Shown: in pieces, positions 48,297-50,573 of the stretch
How positions within the stretch are numbered: position 1 is the first letter of the stretch
Layout of the letters: every line of letters starts with the position of its first letter
Virus record (IMG/VR): IMGVR_UViG_3300014656_006075
Span: 1-50,573 of that record
Length of the DNA: 50,573 nucleotides
Direction: 5' to 3' (one strand)
Origin: a virus
Taxonomy: Duplodnaviria; Caudoviricetes
Position numbers and translations under genes: made by a program
Notes under the pieces: model-generated
Seen by the model: only the letters and a program-made list of their open reading frames with translations
Databases searched by the model: none
Told to the model about the DNA's origin: nothing

Positions 48297-49817
48297 ATGT
48301 TTAATGCTGAATTCTTTCCTACACCCAAATGGGTGATACGAAAAATGATTGAGCCTTACTTGAAAGGGCTGCATGAAAGAGTGATACTAGATCCTGAAGC
48401 TGGCAAAGGTGACATCCTGGATTATATTGCAGATGCTTCAGGCAGCTATTGTCCACCTAAAATGTATTGTGGTGAAATCAATAGAGATCTTCAGTTTATA
48501 TTATCGGAAAAGAAATACAGGCTGATCACTGAAGACTTCCTGAAATATTCAGGAGACCTGTTCTTTGACCTCATTGTAATGAATCCACCATTTAGCAATG
48601 GAGTGGATCATTTACTAAAGGCATGGGAGATCCTTGATGAAGGTGACATCTGCTGCTTATTAAATGCTGAAACTATCCTGAATCCTCATACTGAGAAAAG
48701 GAAACTGTTAGCTACTATAATTAAAGATAATGCTGGCGAAGTTGAACACCTTGGACAATGCTTTAAGGATGCTGAAAGAACTACTCAAGTAGATGTTGCT
48801 ATGGTACGTCTGAAGAAAGTTAGCGGTTCTAAACGTGTGGACTTCGAATTCAAGAGTACATCTTCTGAACCCAGACTTAACCTTGATGAAAATATCATTA
48901 ATGATGCTGTTGCTACAAGGGATGTAATCGGTAACATGGTATTGCGTTTTGAGCAAGTGAAGGAATTGTTTGTTGAGCATTTGAAAGTCACTGAAGGGAT
49001 TAGGTTTTATTCTAACGGTTTAACAAGTACATACGATAAATTCATGGATGAATTCGGTACAAGTGGGGCTAATAAGCTGAAGTATAATGAATTCTGTGAC
49101 CATTTAAGAACAAGTGTATGGAAGCAAGTCATTACTCAGATGGGTATGGAAAGATACATGACTCATAATGTCCGAAGTAATTTCAACCAATTCATAGTGA
49201 CTCAAGGAGCTATGGACTTCACTAAAGAAAACGTCATGAACTTGATTCGAACATTGCTGCTAAACAAAGAAACCATCCTGGAACAAGCTGTGGTTGAAGT
49301 TTTCAATATGCTGACTAAATATCACGATGAAAATAGATGTCATGTTGAAGGCTGGAAAACTAACGATAAGTGGAAGGTGAATAAGAAGTTGATTCTTCCA
49401 AACTGGGTAAAGTATGGTGCTTACATGTCAAGTCACGATATTAGTCAATACGGTGATAATTTCGGAACCAATTACAGCTATGACAGTGAGTATTCTGACA
49501 TTGACAAGGTAATGTGTTATATCAGTGGAACTAAGTATGAGAAATGTCTAACGATCCGTAACACCTTAGAGCATAAATTTCATGAACTCGGGAAAGTATA
49601 TTCTGGCACGTTTAGTAATACTTGCGAGTCTGAATTCTTCGATATTAAATTCTTCAAGAAGGGAACTGTTCACCTAACCTTCAAAGATGAATTCCTATGG
49701 CAAGAATTCAACATGAGAGCTTGTGATGGTAAACAATGGCTGCCTGAATCAGAAAAGAAAACCTGGCAGGAGTCAAAAGTTCAGGACAAACAAACATTAT
49801 TTAGTGAGGTTGCCTAA
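48297..49817 (+). CDS. N6-adenine DNA methyltransferase with DUF4942-like C-terminus
   Basis: FFPTP, ILDPEAGKG, MNPPF, FDIKFFKKGTVHLTF. Confidence 0.85.
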   Translation: MFNAEFFPTPKWVIRKMIEPYLKGLHERVILDPEAGKGDILDYIADASGSYCPPKMYCGEINRDLQFILSEKKYRLITEDFLKYSGDLFFDLIVMNPPFSNGVDHLLKAWEILDEGDICCLLNAETILNPHTEKRKLLATIIKDNAGEVEHLGQCFKDAERTTQVDVAMVRLKKVSGSKRVDFEFKSTSSEPRLNLDENIINDAVATRDVIGNMVLRFEQVKELFVEHLKVTEGIRFYSNGLTSTYDKFMDEFGTSGANKLKYNEFCDHLRTSVWKQVITQMGMERYMTHNVRSNFNQFIVTQGAMDFTKENVMNLIRTLLLNKETILEQAVVEVFNMLTKYHDENRCHVEGWKTNDKWKVNKKLILPNWVKYGAYMSSHDISQYGDNFGTNYSYDSEYSDIDKVMCYISGTKYEKCLTIRNTLEHKFHELGKVYSGTFSNTCESEFFDIKFFKKGTVHLTFKDEFLWQEFNMRACDGKQWLPESEKKTWQESKVQDKQTLFSEVA

Positions 49818-49987
49818 TGGCTAAATACGAAGTAACATTATCAGAAACCGCATTTAAGACTATGACAATTGAAGCCAACAGTGAAGATGAAGCTAAAACA
49901 ATAGCTCTCGATTCTGAAGACGTATGCTTTGAAACTTATGGTGACATGGAAGTTGACAACATTGAAGAAATCAAAGGAGATGACTAA
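49817..49987 (+). CDS. Small acidic protein (DpnD/PcfM-like pattern)
   Basis: Hand-translated MAKYEVTLSETAFKTMTIEANSEDEAK...; 56 aa. Confidence 0.65.
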   Translation: MAKYEVTLSETAFKTMTIEANSEDEAKTIALDSEDVCFETYGDMEVDNIEEIKGDD

Positions 49988-50147
49988 TGGTGCATAGAGG
50001 CAAGAACGTATACGAAAGATACTTAAATGGAATAGGGGGTAAATCAATGACTGGAAAAATACATTCCCTTGGTGATGAATATATTGTAAAAGATTACATT
50101 TTCCTTATTGCAGATGAATTCGTAAATTTCACTGTATTTTAATCGAG

Positions 50148-50573
50148 GTGATGAATTTGAAAGAGAAAAAACCTATTGCGTCCTATGATACTGATGGCAA
50201 ATATAAAGAAACATATACTTCATCATTTTCTGCTGCAAAGATTCTTGGACTAGACTTAGGCAATCTCAACAAAGCTATAAGTAAGGATAATAAGTGTGGC
50301 GGATTCTACTGGCGTAACATTACGGGTTCAGCTCCAAAGACAATCGAAGTAAGGAAATATATTCGTAGCAGGAGAGCAGTCCCTGTGGACATCTACATCA
50401 GACCAATGAAACTGTTTGGTACAGCTTCATGTATCCAGGAAGCAGCCGACATGACTAACTTAACTCGGAATAGCGTTAGGGTTCATTTGAGAGATGGTAC
50501 GTGGACGAACAAATCAGCTACTCGATGGAGAAAGGAAGCGTTACCTGATTACTTCTTCAAAGTTAGACCGTAA
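50148..50573 (+). CDS. NUMOD1-repeat DNA-binding protein
   Basis: PIASYDTDGKYKETYTSSFSAAKILG...CGGFYW plus a second repeat. Confidence 0.75.
   Translation: MMNLKEKKPIASYDTDGKYKETYTSSFSAAKILGLDLGNLNKAISKDNKCGGFYWRNITGSAPKTIEVRKYIRSRRAVPVDIYIRPMKLFGTASCIQEAADMTNLTRNSVRVHLRDGTWTNKSATRWRKEALPDYFFKVRP

Larger units (their letters stand above)
4854..50573. mobile_element. Podovirus-type prophage or phage; right end outside the window, left end between about 4580 and 4850
   Basis: Head, tail, lysis and ejection modules plus a replication arm; abuts a bacterial integron array. Confidence 0.85.

Noticed and set aside
4854-50573. Bacteroidia-infecting crAssphage proper
   Set aside because: Canonical -35/-10 promoters, strong SD use and P22/SU10-like head genes argue against it; the host cannot be fixed from this window

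Overview
Two parts. (i) 1-~4600 is an AT-rich integron cassette array on the minus strand. It has four cassettes (an integrase-N-terminal-domain/TIR fusion, two membrane proteins, a clostripain lipoprotein), three unusually long attC sites, a probable attI and only a decayed 3' remnant of a co-oriented intI. (ii) ~4850-50573 is most of a podovirus-type (pro)phage. A leftward morphogenesis arm encodes TerL, portal, scaffold, capsid, adaptors, holin/GH108 lysin, tail proteins, ejection proteins and a 2925-aa protein with two-barrel RNA polymerase motifs like crAss-type virion RNAPs. A rightward early/replication arm encodes DUF932, an AAA ATPase, an SSB-like protein, primase-helicase, nuclease, radical SAM and an adenine methyltransferase. 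The main unexplained signal is an unannotated ~90-nt three-hairpin small RNA (42645-42734, minus strand) with its own sigma70-type promoter and intrinsic terminator. Its first loop (GGUUCGCACUCCAUU) is complementary to a GGAGUGCGA(ACC) element found at the ribosome-binding sites or leaders of at least six dispersed phage genes on both strands, which suggests a multi-target antisense-RNA regulon. All calls are by-eye motif recognition; no searches were run.
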